Positions 40,710 through 50,300 of a stretch of DNA of 64,000 nt are shown here, in pieces. This stretch comes from a virus, in the IMG/VR virus record IMGVR_UViG_3300035099_000047, positions 32,001 to 96,000 of that record. The stretch is one strand, 5' to 3'. The notes under the pieces were generated by a model that made no database searches, was not told where the DNA came from, and saw only the letters and a list, made by a program, of their open reading frames with translations. Both the position numbers and the translations under genes were made by a program. The first letter of the stretch is position 1. Every line of letters begins with the position of its first letter.

Positions 40710-41060
40710 TCAGTCTCCGGTCAATCCTATAGAAATCTCTTCTAAACGTGTAGCCAACCATCCGATGGCCGACAGGTACAATCCATCGGCCAGGGCATAC
40801 TTCGTAACGGGCAACCAATAGTGCAAGGCCAAACCAACCCAGAACGAACAGCACATCATACAGAAGGACCGAGTGCGTTGAGCTACATACAAACTTATCA
40901 GCTGATCTTTTAATCGGGTCGATTTCCAACTTCCCACCCACAGAACGAGCCTGTCAATCACCCAAAGCACTAAATAGCGGACAGGGAACGCAAGACTTGA
41001 TCGCGAGAGTATGACGACAATCCCCAACCCGACGAGCGTTGAGCTAGTGAGATGATCCAT
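40710..41060 (-). CDS. DUF1360-like membrane protein
   Basis: Hydrophobic; CMMCCSFWVG motif. Confidence 0.5.
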   Translation of the reverse strand: MDHLTSSTLVGLGIVVILSRSSLAFPVRYLVLWVIDRLVLWVGSWKSTRLKDQLISLYVAQRTRSFCMMCCSFWVGLALHYWLPVTKYALADGLYLSAIGWLATRLEEISIGLTGD

Positions 41061-41311
41061 GGTTCTTTATGCTCCAAGGCTTCGGCCTTTTGACAACGCA
41101 GGCAATCATACATTCTAGCGGGTTCATGACCATACCGACTACAAAGAAATACTCGGCCTCCATCAGCCCGACAACAAGGTGATCTAGTGGTTCTACCCGT
41201 GTCAATACGATAGTTGCAATGGAATACCAGTTCCTTCAACCGGTTGCGCAACACTTCGTTTTGAGCAATGTTGAGCCCTGGCAACAGTTCTCGATTACGG
41301 TGAAGTCTCAT
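40970..41311 (-). CDS. small Cys-containing protein
   Basis: ATGA-coupled to the upstream gene; PCC, CLRC. Confidence 0.45.
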   Translation of the reverse strand: MRLHRNRELLPGLNIAQNEVLRNRLKELVFHCNYRIDTGRTTRSPCCRADGGRVFLCSRYGHEPARMYDCLRCQKAEALEHKEPWIISLAQRSSGWGLSSYSRDQVLRSLSAI

Positions 41312-43692
41312 GCCACTATCCCACTAGCGCACCCAACACCTTGACATTGGGATTCGCAAGGCACTGATTCACATACAGTTTCACAAGGTTGTTCCCTTCC
41401 TTCTTCACAACACAACTGGCAACAGAACTCGCAACCTCCCTGCTTATTGGCTACACAACCCGCTTCACAAATGGCCTCACAACCACCTTGGGCTTCGCAG
41501 GCCGCTTGGCACTGAGTTTGACATTTGTCAGTACAGCTAGCGGTGCAACCACTTGTGCAACTGGCTTTGCAAACGCATTCACAACACACTTGACAGCCTC
41601 CCGGTGCACCGGTGCAGCTGGTCTGACAACCAGCAGTGGCTGTGCATTTTATTTGGCACCCAGCCACCATGCAAGGTTCCTGGCAAATAGCCATACACTC
41701 ACTTTGGCACCCTCCAGTGCATCCACTGGTGCAACCTACGATAGCACAAAGCGTTTGACACCCACTGCTTTGACATGGGTTTTGACATATCGTCATGCAA
41801 CCTTCCATGCACTGGCCACCCTGACAACCCACTGTACAATTCTTCTGACAATCGGTTTCGCAGCTTTGACATCCCTCACTCTCGCACTTTGATGCCTCAC
41901 ACCAACTTTCACAATGACCTCCTTCGCAAGATCCCTTCTCGCAAAAATCTTCACAACCCCCTTCACAACTGCCTTTTTCACACCAGCTTTCGCAATAAAT
42001 TGCACATTGAAACTGACAACCACCTACCTCACAATCGTTTTCACAGCTACCAGCTTCACATTGCAGTTCACACCCTGCAGCTTCGCAACCTTCTTCACAC
42101 CCTATCTCGCAACCCTCTTCGCATCCACACACACACGAATCTTGGCAGCATGCTTCGCAATCAGTTTCACAATTGTTTTGGCAAGCACTCTGGCAGTTGA
42201 ACTCACAATCGTTTTGACATCCAGTCGTGCAGAAATCTTCACAATTGCCTTCACAACTGCCTGTACAACCATATTCGCAATCACCTTCACAACCATTTTC
42301 GCAAAATGTTTGACAATTAGCTCCCTCACAAGTATCCTGGCAATAATTCTGACATTTGTTCTCACAACTGCCTGCACACGCTTCTTGGCAGACGAACTCG
42401 CAATCCGTTTGACAGTGAATCTCACACATCAACTCACAATTTGATTCGCAGGAGCCCAAACCTTGACACTTGTCTTCGCAACCCTTCTCACAAAAGCTTT
42501 CACAAGTGACTTGACACCCTTGAGTGCACGTGGTGATGGTTTCCAACCGGTCGCTAGCCCCGGTCAACAACTCCCGAAACCTGCTCCGCATGGAAACGCC
42601 ACTGTAAGAATCCGTTACTTCAATAGCAACTTCTCTCTTGGACATCAACTGCAACTTGCGAACCGGTATCACATGAATGGGTCGCTCGTCGGCCAAGTAC
42701 TGGTCCAACACAGCCATAGCCTCAGCAAAAGGCAAAGCCTCTCCAATACCTGGATACTTTGTTTCAACCTCCTTCAGATAGGAATTGGTTTGGTGGTAAC
42801 AAGTACGAACCCCGGACAACAAAGCATTTGTAGCATGTGCCTTTTCTACTAACACACTCAATAACGAGTTGGTTGAATGATACTGAGTGCTTTCACCCTT
42901 CAAATCAGCATCGGTGCTATGAGAAACCCTTGTAGAATATAACAGGGCATCTGTCGTGTGACTTTCAGTGATTTCACGAGCACTAAGAAAAGCATCTGTT
43001 GTGTGAGATCTGGTTGACTTTTTAAGGTAAGCATCTGTGGTATGTGTTTTGGTTACAGCTAATCCTTTGATATAAGCATCGGTATTATGGCCAATAGTGA
43101 TAACGTCTGGACTGATCACCTCATACTCTATTGCAACCTGGAGGTCATCATATTGTGTTTCCAGTGTTACTTCTGTTGTACCGCTCCACGTCGGATCAGT
43201 TACACAGTTGACCCAATTGCGAATCGAAAGGCCAATGCGATTCCACGCACCACCAGGGATTTCAGAAGGAAGGGGCTTCAGCCCTCCCCCTCCAATGGTC
43301 CACCAACCATATGTTCGGCCATAAATATCTAAACCAACAAGAAGTTGCTGTGCTTCATCTTCCGTATCCTGCCAAAGGTAAACATTTCCTACCCTATAAA
43401 GTTTAGACGAACAAAGTGGGAAGTCGTCAGCAATCGGAGCCCTCACAGCCAACCCAACAACACTGATTGCAGTGACAACACTATTTTTTGGGATACCAAA
43501 CAACTGGCTCCATGTCCCCAATACACGCCACCCTTCGGAGCCAGTTATATTACCCCGACCTTCCAAATCCATGTGCGTGGTAAGGGACCCTTGCGAGAGA
43601 TTACCATTGTACGACCACCCGCCCCTGGCAGTTGGCTCCCAACTCTCAGGGTCGTTTTCCCAACGCCACCATTTGGTTATTCTAATAGCCAC
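41308..43692 (-). CDS. virion-module protein with HxTDA repeats and a C-terminal Cx3C tract of about 400 aa
   Basis: HTTDAYL-type repeats; gpI-like RPIHV motif; CQ/CE units from about 42528 to the end. Confidence 0.8.
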   Translation of the reverse strand: MAIRITKWWRWENDPESWEPTARGGWSYNGNLSQGSLTTHMDLEGRGNITGSEGWRVLGTWSQLFGIPKNSVVTAISVVGLAVRAPIADDFPLCSSKLYRVGNVYLWQDTEDEAQQLLVGLDIYGRTYGWWTIGGGGLKPLPSEIPGGAWNRIGLSIRNWVNCVTDPTWSGTTEVTLETQYDDLQVAIEYEVISPDVITIGHNTDAYIKGLAVTKTHTTDAYLKKSTRSHTTDAFLSAREITESHTTDALLYSTRVSHSTDADLKGESTQYHSTNSLLSVLVEKAHATNALLSGVRTCYHQTNSYLKEVETKYPGIGEALPFAEAMAVLDQYLADERPIHVIPVRKLQLMSKREVAIEVTDSYSGVSMRSRFRELLTGASDRLETITTCTQGCQVTCESFCEKGCEDKCQGLGSCESNCELMCEIHCQTDCEFVCQEACAGSCENKCQNYCQDTCEGANCQTFCENGCEGDCEYGCTGSCEGNCEDFCTTGCQNDCEFNCQSACQNNCETDCEACCQDSCVCGCEEGCEIGCEEGCEAAGCELQCEAGSCENDCEVGGCQFQCAIYCESWCEKGSCEGGCEDFCEKGSCEGGHCESWCEASKCESEGCQSCETDCQKNCTVGCQGGQCMEGCMTICQNPCQSSGCQTLCAIVGCTSGCTGGCQSECMAICQEPCMVAGCQIKCTATAGCQTSCTGAPGGCQVCCECVCKASCTSGCTASCTDKCQTQCQAACEAQGGCEAICEAGCVANKQGGCEFCCQLCCEEGREQPCETVCESVPCESQCQGVGCASGIVA

Positions 43693-43706
43693 TTACACCA
43701 TCCCCA

Positions 43707-45221
43707 CTAAAAATTAGGGAACACAGCCACTCTTGCGGCTTTGTAAGTGTGTGTACCATTTTTATTCAAACTGTAATCCCCCATTTCGTTAGGTTCGTGC
43801 TTGTACAATTCGGAGACTGAATACTTACCATCTGAACGGTACTTCAACTTCTTATTGATCCCAAACACGGTACCATGCATTTTGTGAAAAGCCAAAGCAT
43901 CAGAGGTGAAAAATCGTATCAAATCATCTGTCCATCCATCATAATAGCTACTCCCCAACAGCTGATTGATAAGGGTCAGATATTCTGTATTGGTAGTGAC
44001 TACATTGTACAGGGCCTTCAATCCGGCTATCAACTCCTCGGTTTCCCCAAATTGTTCCTGTAACATACCCACAATCTGTTTCAAAATAGGCCCCCCTGAT
44101 ACATCCCCAGAAGCCTCCGCATCCTTTATGCGAATAATCAAAGGTAACAAATCATACAACTGGACCCGGGGCCAACGGCCTAGATAGGCTGCAGTGCGAT
44201 GGTACCTGCGTACCTCCCCCTTCAAGTCCGCATCGGCGGTATGCTTTTTCAATTGAAACTTTTGCAAAAGGGCGTCAGCACTGTGAACCTTAGTAATACT
44301 CCAAACCAAATAGCTGCTTGAAAAATGATAATTGGTAACTTCGCCCTTCAAAACTGCATTTGTACAGTGTAATTTTCGACCACCTAATATCAAGGCATCA
44401 GTTGTATGCAATAGAGAAATGGTTTCAGTAGGTGATGCCCAACTCAACCGGCGTGGCATTGCCCAAAGATCAAAGCGCGTGGCTGGATTGTAAAGCGTCC
44501 AGATTTCCGCCGCCGAAAGGGCACGCCCGTAAACCCGCACGTCACGCACCAGACCTCGCCAGAACATCTCGTACGAGCCGTAGTTCAAGGCCCCGACGAA
44601 TCCGTAGTTGCTGGACCACGTATCCGTGGGCATTTGCGCGAGCGTCTTTGAGTTTTTCAACCGTCCGTCGACGTACAGCGACCAGGCGGAATTGTCGAGA
44701 ACGGCCGCAACGTGGTGCCAAACCCCGTCGTTATGCGCGCTCGTCGCAACCAGATTAGTGTCCCATACGCTTATGCCGAGAGCGCCCGGCGGCTGCCACC
44801 GGTCGGTGTTGCCAGCACCAATAATGACCGCGTAGTGTTGGGATGTTACCCCGTAAGAAAACGCCCCGCGGATGTACTCCGACGGACATTCCGTGTAGTT
44901 GACCCAGAGCGAAATCGTTCGCGGCGATGCCCCGAGGGGGAGGCGGGTATCGGGAAAGCGGAACTGATAACTGCCGTCGAATTCCGGCACGAAGCCAAAC
45001 GTGGGATCCGCGTGCCATTTTGCCACCTCCGGCACCATGCTTATGTCAACTGCCCTGCCGTGATTGTCATAAACAATCTCCGGCGCGACACTGCCCGTGC
45101 ATGCCGAGAGCGGCCACCAGGCAATAAGACTGCGTGATTGCAGCGATTCTTGCCGGACTTGCGGTATTCTTGGAGACAACAGGTTGGCGCGGGCCATTGG
45201 GCGGTCCGAGATGACTCCCAT
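43707..45221 (-). CDS. LamG/ConA-like domain + HxTDA repeats + baseplate gpI-like domain
   Basis: TISLWV, WHHVAAV, LYVDG, DVRVYGRALSAAEI; LYDLLPLIIRIKD. Confidence 0.75.
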   Translation of the reverse strand: MGVISDRPMARANLLSPRIPQVRQESLQSRSLIAWWPLSACTGSVAPEIVYDNHGRAVDISMVPEVAKWHADPTFGFVPEFDGSYQFRFPDTRLPLGASPRTISLWVNYTECPSEYIRGAFSYGVTSQHYAVIIGAGNTDRWQPPGALGISVWDTNLVATSAHNDGVWHHVAAVLDNSAWSLYVDGRLKNSKTLAQMPTDTWSSNYGFVGALNYGSYEMFWRGLVRDVRVYGRALSAAEIWTLYNPATRFDLWAMPRRLSWASPTETISLLHTTDALILGGRKLHCTNAVLKGEVTNYHFSSSYLVWSITKVHSADALLQKFQLKKHTADADLKGEVRRYHRTAAYLGRWPRVQLYDLLPLIIRIKDAEASGDVSGGPILKQIVGMLQEQFGETEELIAGLKALYNVVTTNTEYLTLINQLLGSSYYDGWTDDLIRFFTSDALAFHKMHGTVFGINKKLKYRSDGKYSVSELYKHEPNEMGDYSLNKNGTHTYKAARVAVFPNF

Positions 45222-45239
45222 CCATTCCTCCTACCAAAT

Positions 45240-45746
45240 TCAAACGACGTCTTCAGCCAGTGGTACCAAGGTAATGCGATGTGAATCGTCATTGCTTACC
45301 AAAGCCTGTCCCGACTTATTGATGACTACAGGGCAACCATAACGGGCAGGGGGACAAAACTCGAAGACCTCGGTTTGGACCACAGTAGCAGCATCTGCTG
45401 TGAGCACCAGGCAGCCAATAAGCAAAAGCTGTTGCTTCCATTCATCTTCTTCCCCAGCCTTGTAAGGGGAATCCACACCGGTGACTCCACCAGGAAAGGT
45501 TGTGTTATCCCACGAGGCTGCCCAATAAATCTCAATCACGTTGCCAGCCACTGGGGCAACAGCCAGGTTCAATTCGACAGTGACCGCCCAGCGCGGGGCG
45601 AACCGCCCGTTGGCATCCGCCAGATCGCCTTTCTGACCCATCCGCCCGGCCCCGTTGGCCAAGCCAGCCAGGGTGATCGCGTAGTCTCCTCCCGTGGCCT
45701 TCCAAACCTTTGCAGTTCCTTGTTTAACCAGTATTTCTGTAGACAT
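45240..45746 (-). CDS. putative virion structural protein
   Basis: Beta-rich 168 aa protein in the tail module. Confidence 0.55.
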   Translation of the reverse strand: MSTEILVKQGTAKVWKATGGDYAITLAGLANGAGRMGQKGDLADANGRFAPRWAVTVELNLAVAPVAGNVIEIYWAASWDNTTFPGGVTGVDSPYKAGEEDEWKQQLLLIGCLVLTADAATVVQTEVFEFCPPARYGCPVVINKSGQALVSNDDSHRITLVPLAEDVV

Positions 45747-45781
45747 AGCTCAAACCCAAGGGTTAAAAGTTGAAAGTTGGT

Positions 45782-46210
45782 TCACAAAGAAAGCTTGATA
45801 ATCCCGCTAGCACTCCACTGCAACACAAAGTTTTGGGCCTTCCGGCTCTTCACCATTCCAAAGCCTATGTGACCTATCAGAGGTGAGTCTGCTGGGGTGG
45901 TAACCAGCCGGTACAATACAGCATGAGCGGGGGACACAGTCACCACTGGCCAAATAACATCATCTGCGTCAAACACGCAAGTACCAGCAACTTTGTCCAA
46001 AGTAAAACTACCATTCCTCAACCGTACCCCTCCCGCTGTATAATTGGTACCTGTCACTTCATCGGTTACTATGTCCGACCAATAAACTTGGTTTTTGTAA
46101 TCTGGTATGTATTTGTCACTGAGCAGTGCACACTTGATTATGTTGTTGACCAGCGATATTTGACCATTGGCCATCGCTTTCAAATAATTCAAGAACAATC
46201 CGCAGGTCAT
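45782..46210 (-). CDS. putative tail/virion structural protein (start revised to ATG 46210)
   Basis: IKCALL, EVTGTNYTAGG, FDADDVIW motifs common in phage tail proteins. Confidence 0.6.
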   Translation of the reverse strand: MTCGLFLNYLKAMANGQISLVNNIIKCALLSDKYIPDYKNQVYWSDIVTDEVTGTNYTAGGVRLRNGSFTLDKVAGTCVFDADDVIWPVVTVSPAHAVLYRLVTTPADSPLIGHIGFGMVKSRKAQNFVLQWSASGIIKLSL

Positions 46211-46221
46211 AGCTTCCCCTT

Positions 46222-47370
46222 TCACACCTGTTGCTGTTGTTGGCATCGACCTTGACAACCATACTCACAGGCATTCTGACATTCGGTCTCACAAGCAGCT
46301 TGGCATCCTATAGCACAAGCTGTAGTGCAAGTGAGTTGTTGACCTGCTTGGCACTTTTGCTCACAGGCGTAAGCACATCCCGGTATTTGATTTCCTGATT
46401 GACATTTTTGTTCACATTTGGTAGTACAACCCCCTGTTTGAGCTCCCGTTTGACATGATTTTTCACATTGATTTTCACACGAAGTTTCACACGAAGCCTC
46501 ACACCCTCGACGAGGGACTTGATAACTAACTTGGCACACCGTGTTGCAACCAGGGGACTGTCGATGGCTTTGACAAGAAACCTGGCAAGATCTTACACAA
46601 CCTGGCACCTGCCCACTGGCCTCGCAATTAGATTGACAAACACTATCACATCCCAAAAATTGAAGCTTGGATTGGCATTTGGTTTCACATTGCCCCTGAC
46701 AACCCCCTTCGCAGTGGGTTTCACACCTAGCCGTGCAGTTACGTGCCTGATTACCTTGTTGACAACTGACTTCACAAATCTGTTGGCAATCGTATTCACA
46801 AGCTACTTGACATTTATCAGTACACCCCGGGGTTTGGTACCCTTGAGTACAACTCAATTCGCAACTTGTACCACAGCCTGCAGTTTGACTCCCTGATTGA
46901 CAAGTCACCTCACAAGTGTCAGAACAACCAGGGGTTTGACTGCCTTTTTGACAGGTGGTTTGACAAGTGTCTGAGCAGCCGACTGATTGACTCCCTGATT
47001 GGCAAGAAACTTGGCAACGGTCTTGGCAACCTGATTGGCAAGTTGTTTCACACTTCGTGGAGCACCCTTGAGCTTGGTGACCTGCTTGGCAATGAAGTTC
47101 ACACAGGGTCTGACACCCAGATTGACACACCAATTGACAATGAGATTCACAACTGCTTTGGCAAGTGACTTCGCAAGTGGTACCACATCCGGCTACCTGG
47201 TTCCCTGCTTGGCATACGTTTTCGCACAGGTTTTGACAATTAGCTTGGCAAGTCTGTTCGCACTTCGTTTGGCACCCCGCTTGACACCTCAATTCACAAG
47301 CTGAAGTGCAACCAGCGGCTTGATACCCAGCTTGGCAACCCACTTGGCAAGTTTCAGTGCAACCTGGCAT
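46222..47370 (-). CDS. Cys/Gln-rich Cx3C repeat protein (SCIFF/ranthipeptide-like)
   Basis: The whole 382 aa is GCxxxCExxCQxGxQ-type repeats; RBS AGGAG. Confidence 0.8.
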   Translation of the reverse strand: MPGCTETCQVGCQAGYQAAGCTSACELRCQAGCQTKCEQTCQANCQNLCENVCQAGNQVAGCGTTCEVTCQSSCESHCQLVCQSGCQTLCELHCQAGHQAQGCSTKCETTCQSGCQDRCQVSCQSGSQSVGCSDTCQTTCQKGSQTPGCSDTCEVTCQSGSQTAGCGTSCELSCTQGYQTPGCTDKCQVACEYDCQQICEVSCQQGNQARNCTARCETHCEGGCQGQCETKCQSKLQFLGCDSVCQSNCEASGQVPGCVRSCQVSCQSHRQSPGCNTVCQVSYQVPRRGCEASCETSCENQCEKSCQTGAQTGGCTTKCEQKCQSGNQIPGCAYACEQKCQAGQQLTCTTACAIGCQAACETECQNACEYGCQGRCQQQQQV

Positions 47371-47386
47371 TTTCAGCTCCTACCTT

Positions 47387-50300
47387 TTAGACAGAAGGCT
47401 GAGCGTAAACCTGACAACCTGCAACTTGACAGTTTAACTGACAACCAGTTGCTTCACAAGCAATCTGACATTGTAGTTGACACACAGCCTCGCAAACTGA
47501 TTGACACCGCTCGGAGCACCCAACCACTTGGGCTATAGGTTCACAACCAGATTGGCAACTGCCTCCCTGGCAAAGCGTAGTACAACCACTTACTTGATTC
47601 CAAGCTTCACAAGCAGTATGGCAATCGGTTTCTCTACGAGTTTCACAAGCTGCAGCTTGACAAGTGAGTTCACAAAGCGCCTGGCAATCATATTGACAGA
47701 CAATTTTACATGGAATGTCGCCAGTTCCACTCTCCAAACCCCCAACTTGACAAGCTACTTGACATTGGCTTATGCAATCCCTAAACTGCTTCCATGTTTC
47801 ACAATAGTTTACACAAGAGAACTGGTTTTGAGTCTGACAAGTCACAACTTGACAAGAACCCTGATAAGAGGTGAGGCAGCCAGTGTAGTCAGTTTGAGAT
47901 TGGCTCTGACAAGTTCCACTTTGACACACGGGTTGGCACCAGGATTGACAAGTTGTTTCACAAGGCTCTCCTGTAGGATATTGTGCAACCCACAAACTCC
48001 CTCCATATTGATAGTACGTTTGACAATGTTTCTGACAAGTTGTTTGGCAGTCCAGTTGACAGCTGCCCATGCACTCACCTACTTGGGCCTCCCCTTGACA
48101 AAACCTTTGACATACATTTTCACATTCATACTGGCAATCAGTCATACAAGTAGTTTCACAACTTGTACTAACACAACTTGAGTATTGGCTCAGGGTCTGG
48201 CAAGGAGCCATTTGGCACTTGGTCTGGCAAGTCCGAGAACATCCCAGTTGGGTTCGAGTTTCACAAGAATTAGCTTGACAATTATATTGACAACTTTGCT
48301 GACAACGTGAACCGCAAGGCGAAACTTGAACATCACCACAACCCAATGCTGCCCAAAGTTCCTGACAATCGGATTCACAATGGGTTTCACAATAAGTGGT
48401 ACACGGACCTTCGTAATGAGTTTGGCAATCATCTTGACAGTGGTATTCACAATGGGAAGCGCAACCCGTTTCGCATTCAGTTTCACACGAGGCTTGGCAT
48501 TTAGTGGTGCACCCCGTGGTTTTGGGGGTTTGATACCGAACTTCTAATGTCAAGTTATTGTATCCTATGCGGGCGTGCCCACCAGTCTGGCTCAAATGGA
48601 ACAAGCTTTGTAGCATAAATTCCACTGAATCGGTAGCTCCCCCTAACCCTTCAGAAATCCCGTGGATGCTTCCGGGATTCATGTAAAGCCAATCATTTTC
48701 TACTCCAAAGACCCTCCTACCCCACCACAAAATTGATGGAATAGCTGTATTACAATTCACTCCGGCTGCCCCATATTGAACAAAATCCTGAACTCCTACG
48801 TTATCCCATATCAAGCATCGAGTATTCATGCCAATAAATCGAACCCCTACCACCGTGGCATTGTCTGGTATACCAAATATCTCCTTCCAAGAGCCTACCA
48901 ATCTCCAGGTAATTGTAGTCTCAAATGGCATGCGGTATGGTTTGTCATCCCTGTACAATTCACTGTAAATGTAGCCAGAGGGGTCCCAACCCCCAATACG
49001 GGTACTCAGTTCCCCAGCGAGATACCATTTCCCGGATCCACTGGTTTCCCTAGGATCAGTTGTAAAATTCCAGGAACGCTCCGCTCGCAATGTAATCTTG
49101 GGTATATCCGCTTGATTAGCTGAGGTACAACCAGTAGTGCAATCAGAATGGCAACCTACCGTACAATCTGTAGTACATCCACCAGTACAACTTAGCTGAC
49201 AAGTACCGCCCTCACAAGTCTGAGTACCTGCTGTGCAACCACCAGTACATCCACCAGTACACCAGCTAGTACACCCACTTGTGCAAGGGTAATCCAAGTG
49301 CTGAATCTGGCAACCAGTAGTGCAAGCTTCCTGACAAATCAATTGGCAAGTGGTCTCGCATATCGTGGGCTCCAACATATGGGTAGTCACTGACCATTGT
49401 TCTGCTATTTGGTCCCCCAACTTCTTGCGGCCTACTCGTTTACTCAACAGCAAATAGAACACCTGACTGCGATGGGGTATTTTCAATGAGTTGTGTGCAT
49501 AGACATACAGATGGGGTACCAACGGGCTCCAACCAATTAGCTGCTCCCCCGTAGGGGCATATCGGTAGTCCCGATCGTACAACATCAAGTGGGTAATCTC
49601 ACCCAAATTCACATCCGGAGCGCTGAATACAATCTGACCGTAATTGCGAAATGCACTAACGATGGTGCCTGGCACGCTGTTCGGATCTATACCTGCTTCA
49701 ACTAAGAAGTCCAGGGCTTCATCCAAACTCACCCGGGCCCAAGCATTATGGGGTTCCCGATGATAACCACTTGCAGTCTTGGGCTCATTTACTGGGAGTT
49801 CTCCATACCAACCGCAAAAGCTGCGACTCATAGCCACAAAGGTACCACTAGTGCTACTGCCTGGATGCCAGCTAGTGGTAAAGTTAACAGTTGGACTGGT
49901 ACCAGAAATGAAATCCACCTCTTGCGATGAAGGACTAAAAGTCAAGGGTGGATAGTCATACCACAAGGGCATCACGGTATAGTGGCCCGGTGGCACAACC
50001 ATATTTGCCAAGCCTTCTCTGTTCGTAACCCCCCAGTAAGCAACAGGATGACCATTGGAATCTTCCCCATAAATCACCACCTCAACATTGGCTACCTGAG
50101 CTCCGGTCATGACCACTGAAGGGGAGGCATGTGGATCAGAGGTACTTGGAGGGGTAGAATGAGGTAACTCCATTGTCAGGTTGCAAGGACCATAAGTCGT
50201 GGTAATCGTTTGGCTGATTGTTTGACAAGTTTCAGCCGTGGTCAGGCACCCCTTGGTCTCATCTGGGTTTGGGCTACCCCACATGCCTTGATAACCAGTT

